Of a stretch of 64,000 bases of DNA, positions 47,996-58,519 are shown one piece after another (within the stretch, counting starts at the first letter, position 1; each line of letters begins with the position of its first letter). The notes beneath the pieces are model-generated. The model was not told where the DNA came from and did not search any database. It was given only the letters and a program-made list of their open reading frames with translations. Position numbers and translations under genes: made by a program. Origin of the DNA: Kineosporiaceae bacterium (GTDB lineage Bacteria > Actinomycetota > Actinomycetes > Actinomycetales > Kineosporiaceae). The DNA lies in NCBI GenBank assembly GCA_036518955.1, contig DATDMG010000234.1, positions 12,767-76,766 of the forward strand. The letters run 5' to 3'.

Positions 47996-49258
47996 ATGCG
48001 TGGATTCGTGACCGCTGAGCAGTGGGGCCGTGTCGACGCCGACGGCACCGTGTGGGTGCGGACGGCGGACGGCGAGCGCGTCGTCGGCCAGTACCCCGGC
48101 GCGAGCCCCGAAGACGCCCTGGCGTACTTCGCGCGCAAATTCGACGACCTCGCCGCCCAGGTGAGCCTGTTCGAGCAGCGGATCGCGGCCGGTCACGTCT
48201 CCGCCGCCGAGACCGAGGCCGGGGTGGAGCGACTCACCGCCGCGATCGCCGACGCCCATGCGGTCGGTGACCTCGACGCACTGGCCGCCCGGGTCGCCGC
48301 GCTGCGACCCCTCGCCGACGCGCTCCGCGCCGAGGCGGAGCAGACCAGGGCGCGGGCGCGGGCCGAGGCGGTGGCGCACCGGACCGCCCTCGTCGACGAG
48401 GCGGAGTCCATCGCCGGGATGGACGTCGACCGGATCCCGTGGAAGGGCGCGGGCGATCGGCTCCGGGAGCTGTTCGACGAGTGGCGCCGGCTGCAGCGGG
48501 AGTCCCGGTTGGACAAGCACACCGAGGACGACCTGTGGAAGCGGTTCAGCCACGCCCGCACCGCCTTCGACCGCAAGCGGCGCCAACACTTCGGCGCGCT
48601 CGACGAGCAACGCAGCGCGGCGCGAACCGCCAAGGAGACGCTCGTCGCGGAGGCCGAGGCGCTGTCGTCGTCCACCGACTGGGCAGCGACCGCAGCCGCC
48701 TACCGAAGCCTGATGGCACGCTGGAAGGCGACGGGCCGGGCAGCCCGCAAGGACGACGACGCGCTCTGGGCCCGGTTCCGGGCCGCCCAGGACGCATTCT
48801 TCGCGGCCCGGAACGCGGCGGCGGAGTCCACGGACGCCGAGTTCCGGGGCAACCTGACCGCGAAGGAGGCGCTGCTGGCGCGAGCCGAGGGCCTGCTGCC
48901 GGTCACCGACGTGCCGGCGGCGCGCGCCGCACTGCGGGACATCCAGGAGGAATGGGACGCGGCCGGCAAGGTGCCCCGGGCCGACCTGAGTCGGATCGAG
49001 GCGCGGCTGCGCGTGGTGGAACAGGCGGTGCGGGCCGCCGAAGAGGATCGCTGGGCCCGGTCGAACCCGCAGGCCCGAGCGCGCGCAGAGGACGCCGTCC
49101 GGCAACTCGAGTCGGGCATCGCCAGCCTGGAGGCGACACTGGAGAAGGCGCGGGCTGCCGGCCGGGAGAAGGCGGTCCAGGAGACCGAGCAGGCCCTCGC
49201 CGCTCGGCAGGAATGGCTCGTGGAGGCCCGCAAGGCACTGGCGGAGTTCGGCGGCTGA
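47996..49258 (+). CDS. DUF349 domain-containing protein
   Basis: Repeated W(K/D)..G.....D.LW.RF helical modules (DLWKRFSHARTAF, DALWARFRAAQDAFF, IQEEWDAAGKVPR). Usual location next to relA in actinomycetes. Confidence 0.85.
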   Translation: MRGFVTAEQWGRVDADGTVWVRTADGERVVGQYPGASPEDALAYFARKFDDLAAQVSLFEQRIAAGHVSAAETEAGVERLTAAIADAHAVGDLDALAARVAALRPLADALRAEAEQTRARARAEAVAHRTALVDEAESIAGMDVDRIPWKGAGDRLRELFDEWRRLQRESRLDKHTEDDLWKRFSHARTAFDRKRRQHFGALDEQRSAARTAKETLVAEAEALSSSTDWAATAAAYRSLMARWKATGRAARKDDDALWARFRAAQDAFFAARNAAAESTDAEFRGNLTAKEALLARAEGLLPVTDVPAARAALRDIQEEWDAAGKVPRADLSRIEARLRVVEQAVRAAEEDRWARSNPQARARAEDAVRQLESGIASLEATLEKARAAGREKAVQETEQALAARQEWLVEARKALAEFGG

Positions 49259-49375
49259 TCCGCGGCGACGCCGGGCACCACCCGTCGACCCGTCCACAGC
49301 GGCCGTCGCCAGCCGGCTGTCCACAGTCGGCGGGCGAGGGCTGGCAGCCGGGTGCGGTGTGGGCGACGGTGGGGC

Positions 49376-49993
49376 ATGCTCACCACCCCAACCCTGTTCC
49401 GGGTTGAACACCCTCAGCGTCGCGAGGTCGAGAGGTTGCTCGCCGACGGGCTCCTCGAGCCTCTCCTCCCCGGCGTCGTCGGGCCGCCCGGATCGGGCGC
49501 GGATCCCGACCTGCGGCTCGCCGCAGCCGTCCTGGCGCTCCCCGAGCGGGTACGCTCCCGGGGCACGCTGGCCGAGGCGGCGGCGGCGTGGGTATGGTGC
49601 GGCGGGCCGCCACCTGCGGTCATGGACGTCGCGGTGCCACCTCGCCGCTCCCTCCCCACGGTACCGGCCGTGGCCGTGCACGAGCGGCGGATGCCCGCCG
49701 TCGATGTCGTGGTCCTCGCCGCCGTCGGTGGCGTGGTCCCGCTCACCACGCCGACCCGCACCCTGGTCGACCTGCTCCGGCTGCTGCCGCCCGGGCCGGC
49801 GCCGTGGGCCGTGTCGGCGCTGGTGGGGCTGGCCGGCGTGACGGCCGACAGCGTGTCGGCCTGCCTGGCGGGCATGCCGCGGGCCCGCGGGGTGACTCGG
49901 GCGCGCACCCTGGCCAGCGCGCTCCCGCTGCCGCGAGCCGCACCACCGGGCCGGCCGGAGGATGGTGGGGTCAGTCGATCCGCTTGCCGGTGA
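49376..49993 (+). CDS. Hypothetical protein, AbiEi-antitoxin-like / wHTH-family pattern, short form. Its 3' end overlaps the relA 3' end by 23 nt (convergent).
   Basis: Pattern [16 protein letters not shown] ... [14 protein letters not shown]...[12 protein letters not shown] resembles AbiEi-type N-domains. High GC3. There is no partner toxin gene. Start ATG 49376 is uncertain. Confidence 0.5.
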   Translation: MLTTPTLFRVEHPQRREVERLLADGLLEPLLPGVVGPPGSGADPDLRLAAAVLALPERVRSRGTLAEAAAAWVWCGGPPPAVMDVAVPPRRSLPTVPAVAVHERRMPAVDVVVLAAVGGVVPLTTPTRTLVDLLRLLPPGPAPWAVSALVGLAGVTADSVSACLAGMPRARGVTRARTLASALPLPRAAPPGRPEDGGVSRSACR

Positions 49994-52442
49994 TCCGGTA
50001 GGCGTCGAAGACGCCCTCCACCCGGCGGACGGCGGCGATCACGTGGTCGAGGTGCGCAGGGTCGGCCATCTCGAAGGTGAAGCGCGAGATGGCGACCCGG
50101 TCCCGAGAGGTGGAGACGTTGGCGGCGAGGATGTTCACGTGGCTGTCCGACAGCACGCGGGTGACGTCGGACAGCAGCCGATTGCGGTCCAGGGCCTCCA
50201 CCTGGATCTGCACCAGGAACACGCTGCCGGCGCTCGGCGCCCACTCCACCTCCACGATCCGGTCGCGCTCGGCCTGCAGGTTCTGGATGTTGCCGCAGTC
50301 GCTGCGGTGCACGGACACGCCGGCCCCGCGGGTCACGAAGCCGACGATCGGGTCTCCCGGTACCGGGGTACAACACCGGGCCAGCTTCACCCAGATGTCC
50401 TCCAGCCCCTTGACGACCACCCCGGGGTCGCCGAGGCGTACCCGGCGACCCCGGGTCGGTGTGGTGGCCTCGGCGAGCTCCTCCTCGGTACCTTCCTCGC
50501 CGCCCATCGACTTCATCAGGCGCTCGACCACGGCCTGGGACGAGACATGACCCTCGCCGACCGCGGCGTACAGCGACGACACGTCCGGGTAACGCATCTC
50601 CGACGCCAACGCCACCAGCGACTCGTGGGTCATCAGGCGTTGGATCGGCAGGTGCTGCTTGCGCATCGCCTTGGCGATCGCGTCCTTGCCCTGCTCGATG
50701 GTCTCCTCGCGACGCTCCTTGGAGAACCACTGCCGGATCTTGTTGCGGGCCCGGGGGCTCTGCACGAAGTGCAGCCAGTCGCGGCTCGGCCCGGCGCCGT
50801 CCGCCTTCGAGGTGAAGATCTCGACGACGTCACCGTTGTCGAGAGTGCTCTCCAGCGGGACCAGGCGACCGTTCACCCGGGCACCCATGCAGCGATGCCC
50901 GACCTCGGTGTGGATGGCGTACGCGAAGTCCACCGGGGTGGAACCCGCGGGCAGCGCCATCACATCGCCCTTCGGGGTGAAGATGTACACCTCTTGGGCG
51001 TTGATCTCGAAGCGGAGCGAGTCGAGGAACTCGCTCGGGTCGGCGGTCTCCCGCTGCCAGTCCAGCAGCTGGCGTACCCAGGCGAGGTCGCCGTTACCGC
51101 GATCCTTGTCCGTGACGATCTTGGCCGGGTCGTCCTTGTACTTCCAGTGCGCGGCGACGCCGTACTCGGCCCGCCGGTGCATCTGGTGGGTGCGGATCTG
51201 GATCTCGACGGGCTTGCCCTCCGGTCCGATCACCGTCGTGTGCAAGGACTGGTACATGTTGAACTTGGGCATCGCGATGTAGTCCTTGAACCGCCCGGGC
51301 ACCGGGTTCCACCGGGCGTGCAACGATCCCAGCACCGCGTAACAGTCACGCACCGTCTCGACCAGCACCCGCACGCCGACCAGGTCGTAGATGTCCGCGA
51401 AGTCACGGCCCCGCACGATCATCTTCTGGTACACCGAGTAGTAGTGCTTGGGCCGGCCGGTCACCGCGGCCTTGATCCTCGCCGCCCGCAGGTCGGCGGT
51501 GACCTGCTCACGCACCTGCGCCAGGTAGTCCTCGCGCGCGGGCGCCCGCTCGGCGACCAGCCGGACGATCTCGTCGTACACCTTGGGGTACAGGGTCGCG
51601 AACGACAGGTCCTCCAGCTCCCACTTGATCGTGTTCATACCCAGCCGGTGGGCGAGCGGAGCGTAGATCTCCAGCGTCTCACGCGCCTTGCGCTCGGCCG
51701 ACGCCGCCGGCACGTAGCGCCACGTCCGAGCGTTGTGGAGCCGGTCGGCGAGCTTGATCACCAGGACCCGGATGTCCTTGGACATCGCCACGACCATCTT
51801 GCGCACGGTCTCCGCCTGAGCGGCGTCACCATACGTCACCTTGTCCAGCTTGGTGACGCCGTCGACGAGCATCGCGATCTCGTCGCCGAAGTCCCGGCGC
51901 AGCTGGTCGAGGGTGTAGGCGGTGTCCTCCACGGTGTCGTGCAGCAGCGCCGCCGACAGCGTCGGTGGGTCCATCCCGAGCTCGGCGAGGATCGCCGCGA
52001 CAGCGACCGGGTGGGTGATGTAGGGGTCTCCGCTCTTGCGCTTCTGCCCCGCGTGAGCGCGGGCCGCGACCTCGAACGCCCGCTCGATCACCGCGAGGTC
52101 AGCCTTCGGGTGCGTGATCCGCACCGATCTCAGCAGAGGTTCCAGCAGGGGGGAGGTGGTCCCGCCGCGACCGGAACCGAACCGGGCGATCCGGGAGAGC
52201 ACCCGACTGGTCGCCGGCAGGCCCTCGGTGGGCGAGACCTGGCGGTGCCGGGGCGGGATCGGCTGCGGCGCGACCGGGCGGGCGGCACCGCCCGGCTGAC
52301 CGGCCGATGCCTTGGAGAGGGGAACCGGCTGCGGGAGAGCGCCGGGCTGGGGAGCGCTCCCGTTGGAGGGGCTCTGCACGGCCGCCACCGGGAGCGGAGC
52401 CGTATCGACGGCGTCCGCCCCTGCGAGCCTCTCCTCTGCCAC
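49971..52442 (-). CDS. relA: Bifunctional (p)ppGpp synthetase/hydrolase (RelA/SpoT homologue)
   Basis: HD hydrolase motif ([17 protein letters not shown]...LLHDTVEDT), synthetase domain (YKSLHTTV-type: [23 protein letters not shown]), then TGS and ACT C-terminal domains. A roughly 100-aa low-complexity N-terminal extension. GTG start. Confidence 0.96.
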   Translation of the reverse strand: MAEERLAGADAVDTAPLPVAAVQSPSNGSAPQPGALPQPVPLSKASAGQPGGAARPVAPQPIPPRHRQVSPTEGLPATSRVLSRIARFGSGRGGTTSPLLEPLLRSVRITHPKADLAVIERAFEVAARAHAGQKRKSGDPYITHPVAVAAILAELGMDPPTLSAALLHDTVEDTAYTLDQLRRDFGDEIAMLVDGVTKLDKVTYGDAAQAETVRKMVVAMSKDIRVLVIKLADRLHNARTWRYVPAASAERKARETLEIYAPLAHRLGMNTIKWELEDLSFATLYPKVYDEIVRLVAERAPAREDYLAQVREQVTADLRAARIKAAVTGRPKHYYSVYQKMIVRGRDFADIYDLVGVRVLVETVRDCYAVLGSLHARWNPVPGRFKDYIAMPKFNMYQSLHTTVIGPEGKPVEIQIRTHQMHRRAEYGVAAHWKYKDDPAKIVTDKDRGNGDLAWVRQLLDWQRETADPSEFLDSLRFEINAQEVYIFTPKGDVMALPAGSTPVDFAYAIHTEVGHRCMGARVNGRLVPLESTLDNGDVVEIFTSKADGAGPSRDWLHFVQSPRARNKIRQWFSKERREETIEQGKDAIAKAMRKQHLPIQRLMTHESLVALASEMRYPDVSSLYAAVGEGHVSSQAVVERLMKSMGGEEGTEEELAEATTPTRGRRVRLGDPGVVVKGLEDIWVKLARCCTPVPGDPIVGFVTRGAGVSVHRSDCGNIQNLQAERDRIVEVEWAPSAGSVFLVQIQVEALDRNRLLSDVTRVLSDSHVNILAANVSTSRDRVAISRFTFEMADPAHLDHVIAAVRRVEGVFDAYRITGKRID

Positions 52443-52558
52443 GCGCCCTCCAGTGGGTCGACCCGAACCTCGAGTCTACGTCCCACAGCACGGTCTGGGG
52501 CGTGCGCCATCCCGGACGGACCCGTGACGCGCCGTCCCGACCTCGGCCGGGGCGGGCC

Positions 52559-53107
52559 TCAGACCGTGACCAGCGAGCGTAGCCGGCGCCCGCCGAGCCG
52601 GTCGTGGCCCTGCAGGAACGCCAGCTCCATCAGCACGGTCACCCCCGCGACCACGCCCCCGACGTGCTCCACCAGGTGGCAGGTCGCCTCCGCCGTCCCC
52701 CCCGTCGCCAGGACGTCGTCCACGATCAACACCCGCTGCCCAGCGGTGATCGCATCTCGGTGGACCTCGATCTCCGCCCGGCCGTACTCCAGGTCATACG
52801 CCGCACCCACGGTGACGTGGGGCAACTTACCCCGCTTGCGCACAGGCACGAAGCCGACACCAAGAGTCACCGCAACAGGAGCTGCCAGGATGAAGCCACG
52901 AGCCTCGATGCCGACGACCGTGTCGACGGCGCCGGCCGGCGTCCGGTGCGGGGCGGCGAACTCCTCCACCACCGCGGCGAACTCCGAACCGTCCGCCAGC
53001 AACGGGGTGATGTCCTTGAAGAGCACTCCCGGCGAGGGGTGGTCGGGCACGTCCCGCACCCGGGCGAGGATCCGGTCCGCGATCGGCGCCTCCCCGAGGA
53101 AGCTCAC
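52559..53107 (-). CDS. apt: Adenine phosphoribosyltransferase
   Basis: VLIVDDVLATGGTAEA PRPP motif. GTG 53107 overlaps the secF stop (GTGA). Confidence 0.94.
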   Translation of the reverse strand: MSFLGEAPIADRILARVRDVPDHPSPGVLFKDITPLLADGSEFAAVVEEFAAPHRTPAGAVDTVVGIEARGFILAAPVAVTLGVGFVPVRKRGKLPHVTVGAAYDLEYGRAEIEVHRDAITAGQRVLIVDDVLATGGTAEATCHLVEHVGGVVAGVTVLMELAFLQGHDRLGGRRLRSLVTV

Positions 53108-54381
53108 CGTCGCCGCCCGCCGGACCGGTTCCGGCCACCGGAGCCGCCGCGTTTCGGCTGCTCGCGCTGGCCGTGCCCCGCCCCGGCGGCTGCGGATCCG
53201 TCGCCCGCCGAACCCGGCCCGCCGTCGGCCCGGGATCCGGCGGAGCGGCTCGCGCCGGACGCCGATCCGCCCGTGGACGGCGCCAGGGCGGCTCCTCCCC
53301 TCCCTGCGGGTGCCTCCACCCGCAGGTTCTCGCCGTCGGCCGGTCCGACACCGGCCGCGACCAGGAGCCCACCTTCGACCGCCGCATCGGCCTCGGCTGC
53401 CACCTCGGCCCGCTTCCGGGACACCCGCTCCGCCTGGGCGCGCAGCTCCGGCTCGCGCTCCCGCAGATCGGCCAGCAGGGGGGTGGCTATGAAGATCGAC
53501 GAGTAGGTACCGGCGGCGATCCCGACGAACAGCGAGAGCGAGATGTCCTTCAGGGATCCCGTCCCGAGCAGCAGGGTCCCGATGAACAGGATGGACGCCA
53601 CCGGCAGCAGGGCGACCACCGAGGTGTTGATCGACCGCACCAGGGTCTGGTTCACCGCCAGGTTCGCCGCTTCGGCGTAGGTCCGCTTCACCGTGCTCGT
53701 GATGTGGTCGGTGTTCTCGCGCACCTTGTCGAACACCACGACCGTGTCGTACAGGGAGTAGCCCAGGATCGTCAGGAAGCCGATCACGGATGCCGGGGTG
53801 ACCTCGAAACCGACCAGAGCGTAGATGCCCACGGTGAGGATGAGGTCGTGCACCAGCGCGACGATCGCGGACAGTGCCATCTTCCAGGTCCGGAAGTACA
53901 GGGCAATCACCAGGGCGACCGCCACCAGGAAGACCAGCAGACCGGTCAGCGCCTTCCTGGAGACGTCCTCACCCCACTGCGGACCGACGAAGTTCGTCGA
54001 CACGTCCTTGTCGGCGGAGACGCCGTAGGCCTGGGCGACCTTCTGCCGCACCTGCTCCGTCTGGGCGTCCGTCAGCTTGTCGGTCTCGACCCGCACGCTG
54101 TCCGACCCCAGCTTGGACACCCGCACCTGGGCCCCGGCACCCACCACGGCCTTGACGGCGTCCTGGCCGCGGGCCTCGGACTGGTCGGACACGTGCAGGA
54201 CCCGGAACTCCGACCCACCCCGGAACTCCAGGCCCAGGTTCAGGCCGCGGACCCCGAGGCTCACCAGGGACAGGCTGACCGCGACGACCGCGACGACGTA
54301 CCAGGTGCGCCGACGTCCGATGAAGTCGATCGACCGGCGTCCGGTGTAGAGATCGTTCCCGAGGGCGGCGAAACTGGGCAT
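53104..54381 (-). CDS. secF: Protein translocase subunit SecF (long Ala/Gly/Arg-rich C-terminal tail)
   Basis: IDFIGRRRTWYVVAVV...LGLEFRGGSEF... followed by six TMs. ATG 54381 overlaps the secD stop by 1 nt (TGATG). Confidence 0.94.
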   Translation of the reverse strand: MPSFAALGNDLYTGRRSIDFIGRRRTWYVVAVVAVSLSLVSLGVRGLNLGLEFRGGSEFRVLHVSDQSEARGQDAVKAVVGAGAQVRVSKLGSDSVRVETDKLTDAQTEQVRQKVAQAYGVSADKDVSTNFVGPQWGEDVSRKALTGLLVFLVAVALVIALYFRTWKMALSAIVALVHDLILTVGIYALVGFEVTPASVIGFLTILGYSLYDTVVVFDKVRENTDHITSTVKRTYAEAANLAVNQTLVRSINTSVVALLPVASILFIGTLLLGTGSLKDISLSLFVGIAAGTYSSIFIATPLLADLREREPELRAQAERVSRKRAEVAAEADAAVEGGLLVAAGVGPADGENLRVEAPAGRGGAALAPSTGGSASGASRSAGSRADGGPGSAGDGSAAAGAGHGQREQPKRGGSGGRNRSGGRRR

Positions 54382-56621
54382 CAGGCGTCCCTCCGGCGGG
54401 AGTCACCCGCGGACTCGTGCTGGAGCGTCAAGCTCTCCCGGTCGGTTCCCGGCTGTGCGTCGTCCGCGCCACCGCCCTCGACGAGCAGCGCCTCGCGGCG
54501 GGCCTTCTCCGCGGCCGCCCGCCGCTCGGCGATCGTCGTCCCGGTGCGGGCCACCCCCTGCTCGCCGTCCAGCCCGCTCGGGGACGCGGCCGGCTGAGGA
54601 CGGCGGGCAGCGGCCGCCTTGCGCCGGGGTTGGTTGCGGGTGCTCCCCTGGCCCGCAGGGGCGACCGCCCGGCCCAGGTGATCCGCGTCGAAGCCCGAGA
54701 GCTTGTGGCCACCACCGAAGAACTTGGTCCGCGACAACAGGGCCACGGTCGGCTGGGTGAAGAGGAAGACCACGAGGATGTCCACGATCGTGGTCAGGCC
54801 GAGCGTGAACGCGAAGCCCTTGACCCCGCCGATCGCCAGCACGTACAACACGGCCGCGGCCAGGAAGCTCACCGCGTCCGAGATCAGGATCGTGCGACGC
54901 GCCCGCCCCCAGGCGGCCTCGACCGCCGGGATCAGCCCACGGCCGTCACGCACCTCGTCCCGGACGCGTTCGAAGTAGACGATGAACGAGTCGGCCGTGA
55001 TACCGATCGACACGATCAGACCGGCGACGCCCGGCAGCGACAGCCGGTAGCCCTGCCGCCAACCGAGCAACACGACCAGGCCGTAGGTGATGACCGCCGC
55101 GATCGTCAGGCTCGAGACCGTCACCAGACCGAGCGCGCGGTACTGCAGCAGGGAGTAGAGCACCACGAGCGCGAGTCCGATCAGACCGGCCAGCAGGCCT
55201 CGCTGCAGTTGCTCGCTACCGAGCGTAGCGGTGATGTTCTGCGACGTCAGCACCTCGAACGAGATCGGCAGCGCACCGAACTTGAGCTGGTTCGCCAGGG
55301 TCTGCGCTGTCTCCTGGGTGAAGTTGCCGGTGATCCGCGCGTTGCCGGTATTGATCACTTCGTTGGTGCGAGGGGCGGAGACCACGAGTCCGTCGAGCAC
55401 GATGGCGAACTGGTTCTGGGCCCCCGTCAGACCGGCCAGGCGCTGGGTGACCTTGGCGAACTTGGTGGTCCCCGGGCCGGTGAACGACAGGTCCACCTCC
55501 CAGTTCGTACCGACCGCGCCCTGGCTGTTGGTCTCCAGGTTCGCCGCGGCGTTGCTGACGTCGGTGCCCGAGACCTCGGCCGGGCCCAGGATGTACTTCG
55601 CGTCGCCGGACTCACTGCACGTGACCAGCGGCTTCTTCTGGTCGGCGCCGGAGATCCCGCGTCGGTTCTCCGGTTTGGTGCAGTCGAGGGCGGTGAACCT
55701 GCTGGCGACGTCCTGCGTGATCCAGTTCATGTCGCTGGCGTTCGTCGGCGACGGCTGGGGGCCGGCCGGCCCCGACGCCTTCGGCGACGGCGAGCCGCTC
55801 CCCGCGGCTGGAGTCGGTGCCCCCGGCTGGACGGTGGCCGCCGCGCCGGTCGGGGCCGCCGCACCGGTCGGGGACGCCGCACCGGTCGGGGACGCCGCAC
55901 CGGTCGGGGACGCCGCTCCGGTCGGGGACGCCGCTCCGGTCGCGGACGCCGCTCCGGTCGCGGACGCCGCACCGGCGGCGGTGGCGCTGGGCGTCGGGGA
56001 GGTGCTCGCAGCCAGCAGCGCAGCCGGCACCGCCATGCCGTTGCTGCTCACCGACGCCTTGGCCGGGGACGCGGCGGACGAGGCCGGGGCGTGGGTCGGC
56101 GACGTCGTCGGCGCGGTGCCGCCCTTGAGCGTGGCGCTGGCGGACGGCGCTGCCGGGTGGCTCGGGCTCGCCGTCGCTCCCGGGCTGGAGCTGGCCGTCG
56201 GGGAGACGGTCGGGACCGCGGTCCCCTCCTCGACCAGCACCGGCCGGAACTCCAGAGCCGCCGACTGCTTGACCGAGTTGATCGTGGCCTGGTCGGGATT
56301 CTTGCCCGGGATGGACACCACGATGTTCTTGGTGCCCTGCGTCGTGATCTCCGCCTCGGACACCCCGGCGCCGTTGATCCGCTGCCGGATGATCTTCACG
56401 GCCTCGTCCATGGTCTGCTGGGTGATGTTGCCGGACGCCCCGGGCTGCGGGACGGCCGTCATCACGATCTCCCAGCCGCCTTCGAGGTCGAGGCCGAGCT
56501 TGGGGGTCCACTGCGCGTTGGACCACAGGGCGCCGGCGCCGATCACGCCGAAGAGGACGGCGATGACGCCTACCAGCGCGCCGAGCGAACGCCCGGGTCG
56601 GGAGCTAGCCGATCGTGCCAC
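54381..56621 (-). CDS. secD: Protein translocase subunit SecD with expanded low-complexity periplasmic insert and C-terminal tail
   Basis: LGLDLEGGWEIVM, IIRQRINGAGVSEAEI and LGALPISFEV, plus the RND-like TM bundle. Insert (GAASxT)n. Confidence 0.94.
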   Translation of the reverse strand: MARSASSRPGRSLGALVGVIAVLFGVIGAGALWSNAQWTPKLGLDLEGGWEIVMTAVPQPGASGNITQQTMDEAVKIIRQRINGAGVSEAEITTQGTKNIVVSIPGKNPDQATINSVKQSAALEFRPVLVEEGTAVPTVSPTASSSPGATASPSHPAAPSASATLKGGTAPTTSPTHAPASSAASPAKASVSSNGMAVPAALLAASTSPTPSATAAGAASATGAASATGAASPTGAASPTGAASPTGAASPTGAAAPTGAAATVQPGAPTPAAGSGSPSPKASGPAGPQPSPTNASDMNWITQDVASRFTALDCTKPENRRGISGADQKKPLVTCSESGDAKYILGPAEVSGTDVSNAAANLETNSQGAVGTNWEVDLSFTGPGTTKFAKVTQRLAGLTGAQNQFAIVLDGLVVSAPRTNEVINTGNARITGNFTQETAQTLANQLKFGALPISFEVLTSQNITATLGSEQLQRGLLAGLIGLALVVLYSLLQYRALGLVTVSSLTIAAVITYGLVVLLGWRQGYRLSLPGVAGLIVSIGITADSFIVYFERVRDEVRDGRGLIPAVEAAWGRARRTILISDAVSFLAAAVLYVLAIGGVKGFAFTLGLTTIVDILVVFLFTQPTVALLSRTKFFGGGHKLSGFDADHLGRAVAPAGQGSTRNQPRRKAAAARRPQPAASPSGLDGEQGVARTGTTIAERRAAAEKARREALLVEGGGADDAQPGTDRESLTLQHESAGDSRRRDA
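55843..55968 (-). repeat. Seven tandem 18-bp in-frame repeats inside secD, plus a degenerate eighth unit to about 55986
   Basis: Plus-strand unit gc(a/t/g)ccggtcg(g/c)gg(a/c)cgcc is repeated head to tail from 55843. It encodes TGAAS(P/A) x7: ASATGAASATGAASPTGAASPTGAASPTGAASPTGAAAPTGAA. Confidence 0.9.
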
Positions 56622-56685
56622 GGGTTGGGATCTCTTCTCTGGTCGGGTGCCGGCCGGCCGCCGTCACCTGCGCAGGCTCCGCCGG

Positions 56686-57102
56686 TCAGGCCCGGTCCGG
56701 CGGAGCCGTGTCCGGGGACGGCGCCGAAGGGCCTGCCGCGTCGTCCGGGATGGTGTTCTCACGGGCCGAGCGCTCACCGGCGGCGGGGTGCGGCTCCCCG
56801 TCGGCCGCGCCGTGCGTCTCCTCGGCGTTCACCTCGCCGGTGGTCCCGTCGTCGGTCACGATCCGCGCGACCGCCCGCCGGTCCCACCGGGATTGCTGGC
56901 CGGGAGCGGTCTCCAGGGTGACCACTGCGGAGTCCAGGTCGACGACGGTGGCGTACAGTCCCGCCGTCGTCATGACACGCGCACCGACCGTGAGCTTGGC
57001 CTGCAGTTCCTGCGCCTCCCGCTGCTGGCGGCGGGTGCGGTTGAACATCAGGAAGAGCAGACCACCGAACAGCACGAGAAGGATGAGGCTCTGTGCTTGC
57101 AT
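56686..57102 (-). CDS. yajC: Preprotein translocase subunit YajC
   Basis: Trimmed to ATG 57102 with a GAGGAGGGAG SD. MQAQSLILLVLFGGLLFLMFNRTRRQQRE...GARVMTTAGLYATVV. Confidence 0.92.
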   Translation of the reverse strand: MQAQSLILLVLFGGLLFLMFNRTRRQQREAQELQAKLTVGARVMTTAGLYATVVDLDSAVVTLETAPGQQSRWDRRAVARIVTDDGTTGEVNAEETHGAADGEPHPAAGERSARENTIPDDAAGPSAPSPDTAPPDRA

Positions 57103-57213
57103 GGCTCTCCCTCCTCGCGGGCGCTCGCACGCGCCATGCTGGCCGTCCCACGGAAGGAGCAGCCACGATGCCGAACGGCCACCCACCGTATCCGGTTCCA
57201 TGGCCTCGGGCGG

Positions 57214-57243
57214 AGTCTAGGCGAGCCGTGTTCACCCGGCCAA
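57214..57243 (-). promoter_or_regulatory. Candidate sigma-70-type promoter for yajC-secD-secF-apt
   Basis: Minus strand TTGGCC - 18 nt - TAGACT, about 110 nt upstream of the yajC ATG, inside the 232-nt ruvB-yajC spacer. Sequence-only prediction. Confidence 0.3.
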
Positions 57244-57334
57244 AACGCTGATCCCGCCTCCACCGGTCCGGCGTCCCCGAGGCGCCCGGCAGCGAGCCCG
57301 GCAGCCTGCCGCGACGTGCACCTGGCCGGTCGGG

Positions 57335-58519
57335 TCACACGTCCAGACCGGCGTCGCCGAGCAGGTCAGGCTGGCCGCCATCGCCCGGGTGACCACGAGG
57401 AGCCCGCAGCCCCAGGTGTCGCCAGGTCGCCGCGGTCGCCACCCGACCCCGCGGTGTCCGGCCGATCAGCCCCTCCCGGACCAGGAACGGTTCGGCCACC
57501 GTCTCGACGGTCTCCGGCTCCTCACCCACGGCCACCGCCAGCGTCGACAACCCGACCGGGCCACCGACGAATCGCCGGCAGAGGGCCTCCAGCACGGACC
57601 GGTCGAGGCGGTCCAGCCCACGCTCGTCGACGGCGTAGACCTCCAGGGCCGCCCGGGCCGCCGGCTCGTCGAGGATCCCGTCGCCGCGGACCTGCGCCCA
57701 GTCCCGCACCCGGCGCAGCAGCCGGTTCGCGATCCGGGGGGTGCCCCGGGAACGCCGGGCGATCTCCCGACCGCCCTCCGTCGTGAGCCGGACGTCGAGC
57801 AGGCCGGCGGACCGGCGGAGCACCTGCTCCAGCTCCACCGGCTCGTAGAAGTCGAGGTGGCCGGTGAAACCGAACCGGTCGCGCAGCGGTCCGGGCAGCA
57901 TCCCGGCCCGGGTGGTGGCCCCGACGATCGTGAACGGCGGCAGGTCGAGCGGGATGGCGGTGGCGCCCGGCCCCTTCCCCACCACGATGTCGACCCGGTA
58001 GTCCTCCATCGCGACGTAGAGCATCTCCTCGGCGGGTCGGGCCATCCGGTGGATCTCGTCGAGGAAGAGGACCTCGCCGTGCTCCAGCGACGACAGGACG
58101 GCGGCGAGATCACCCGCGTGCTGGATGGCCGGCCCGCTGGTGACCCGGAGCGGGGCCCCGAGCTCGTGGGCGACGATCATGGCGAGGGTGGTCTTGCCCA
58201 GGCCCGGCGGGCCGGACAGCAGGATGTGGTCGGGCGGGTGCCCGCGTCGTCGGGCCGCCTCCAGCACCAGGGAGAGTTGCTCCCGGACGACCCGCTGGCC
58301 GACGAACTCGGCCAGCCGGCGGGGGCGCAGCGCGGATTCGACGACGCGCTCGTCAGGGTCGGCAACGGCCGCCACGAGCGCGGCCGAAACGTCTTCGGAG
58401 AGCGGCGGGCCGGCCGCCGGCCGCGGCCCGGACGCCGGGACCGACCCCGTCGGAGGCCCGGGCGTCAGCGCCGGGTCGCTCGCCCCCTCGGTGCCGGCCG
58501 GGCGCGGCGGCCGGCTCAT
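57335..58519 (-). CDS. ruvB: Holliday junction branch migration helicase RuvB
   Basis: Trimmed to ATG 58519 (ATGA overlap with the ruvA stop). [22 protein letters not shown] and [16 protein letters not shown] roughly 60-aa Pro-rich N-terminal extension. Confidence 0.95.
   Translation of the reverse strand: MSRPPRPAGTEGASDPALTPGPPTGSVPASGPRPAAGPPLSEDVSAALVAAVADPDERVVESALRPRRLAEFVGQRVVREQLSLVLEAARRRGHPPDHILLSGPPGLGKTTLAMIVAHELGAPLRVTSGPAIQHAGDLAAVLSSLEHGEVLFLDEIHRMARPAEEMLYVAMEDYRVDIVVGKGPGATAIPLDLPPFTIVGATTRAGMLPGPLRDRFGFTGHLDFYEPVELEQVLRRSAGLLDVRLTTEGGREIARRSRGTPRIANRLLRRVRDWAQVRGDGILDEPAARAALEVYAVDERGLDRLDRSVLEALCRRFVGGPVGLSTLAVAVGEEPETVETVAEPFLVREGLIGRTPRGRVATAATWRHLGLRAPRGHPGDGGQPDLLGDAGLDV

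Noticed and set aside
47807-49681. 624-aa minus-strand ORF
   Set aside because: It is antisense to ppiB 3' end, DUF349 and the AbiEi-like ORF. The plus-strand products have recognisable repeats and motifs, while this translation does not.
55843-55986. CRISPR-like regular repeats
   Set aside because: The units are contiguous 18-bp repeats with no spacers, in frame inside secD. No cas genes are present. This is a coding tandem repeat, not a CRISPR array.
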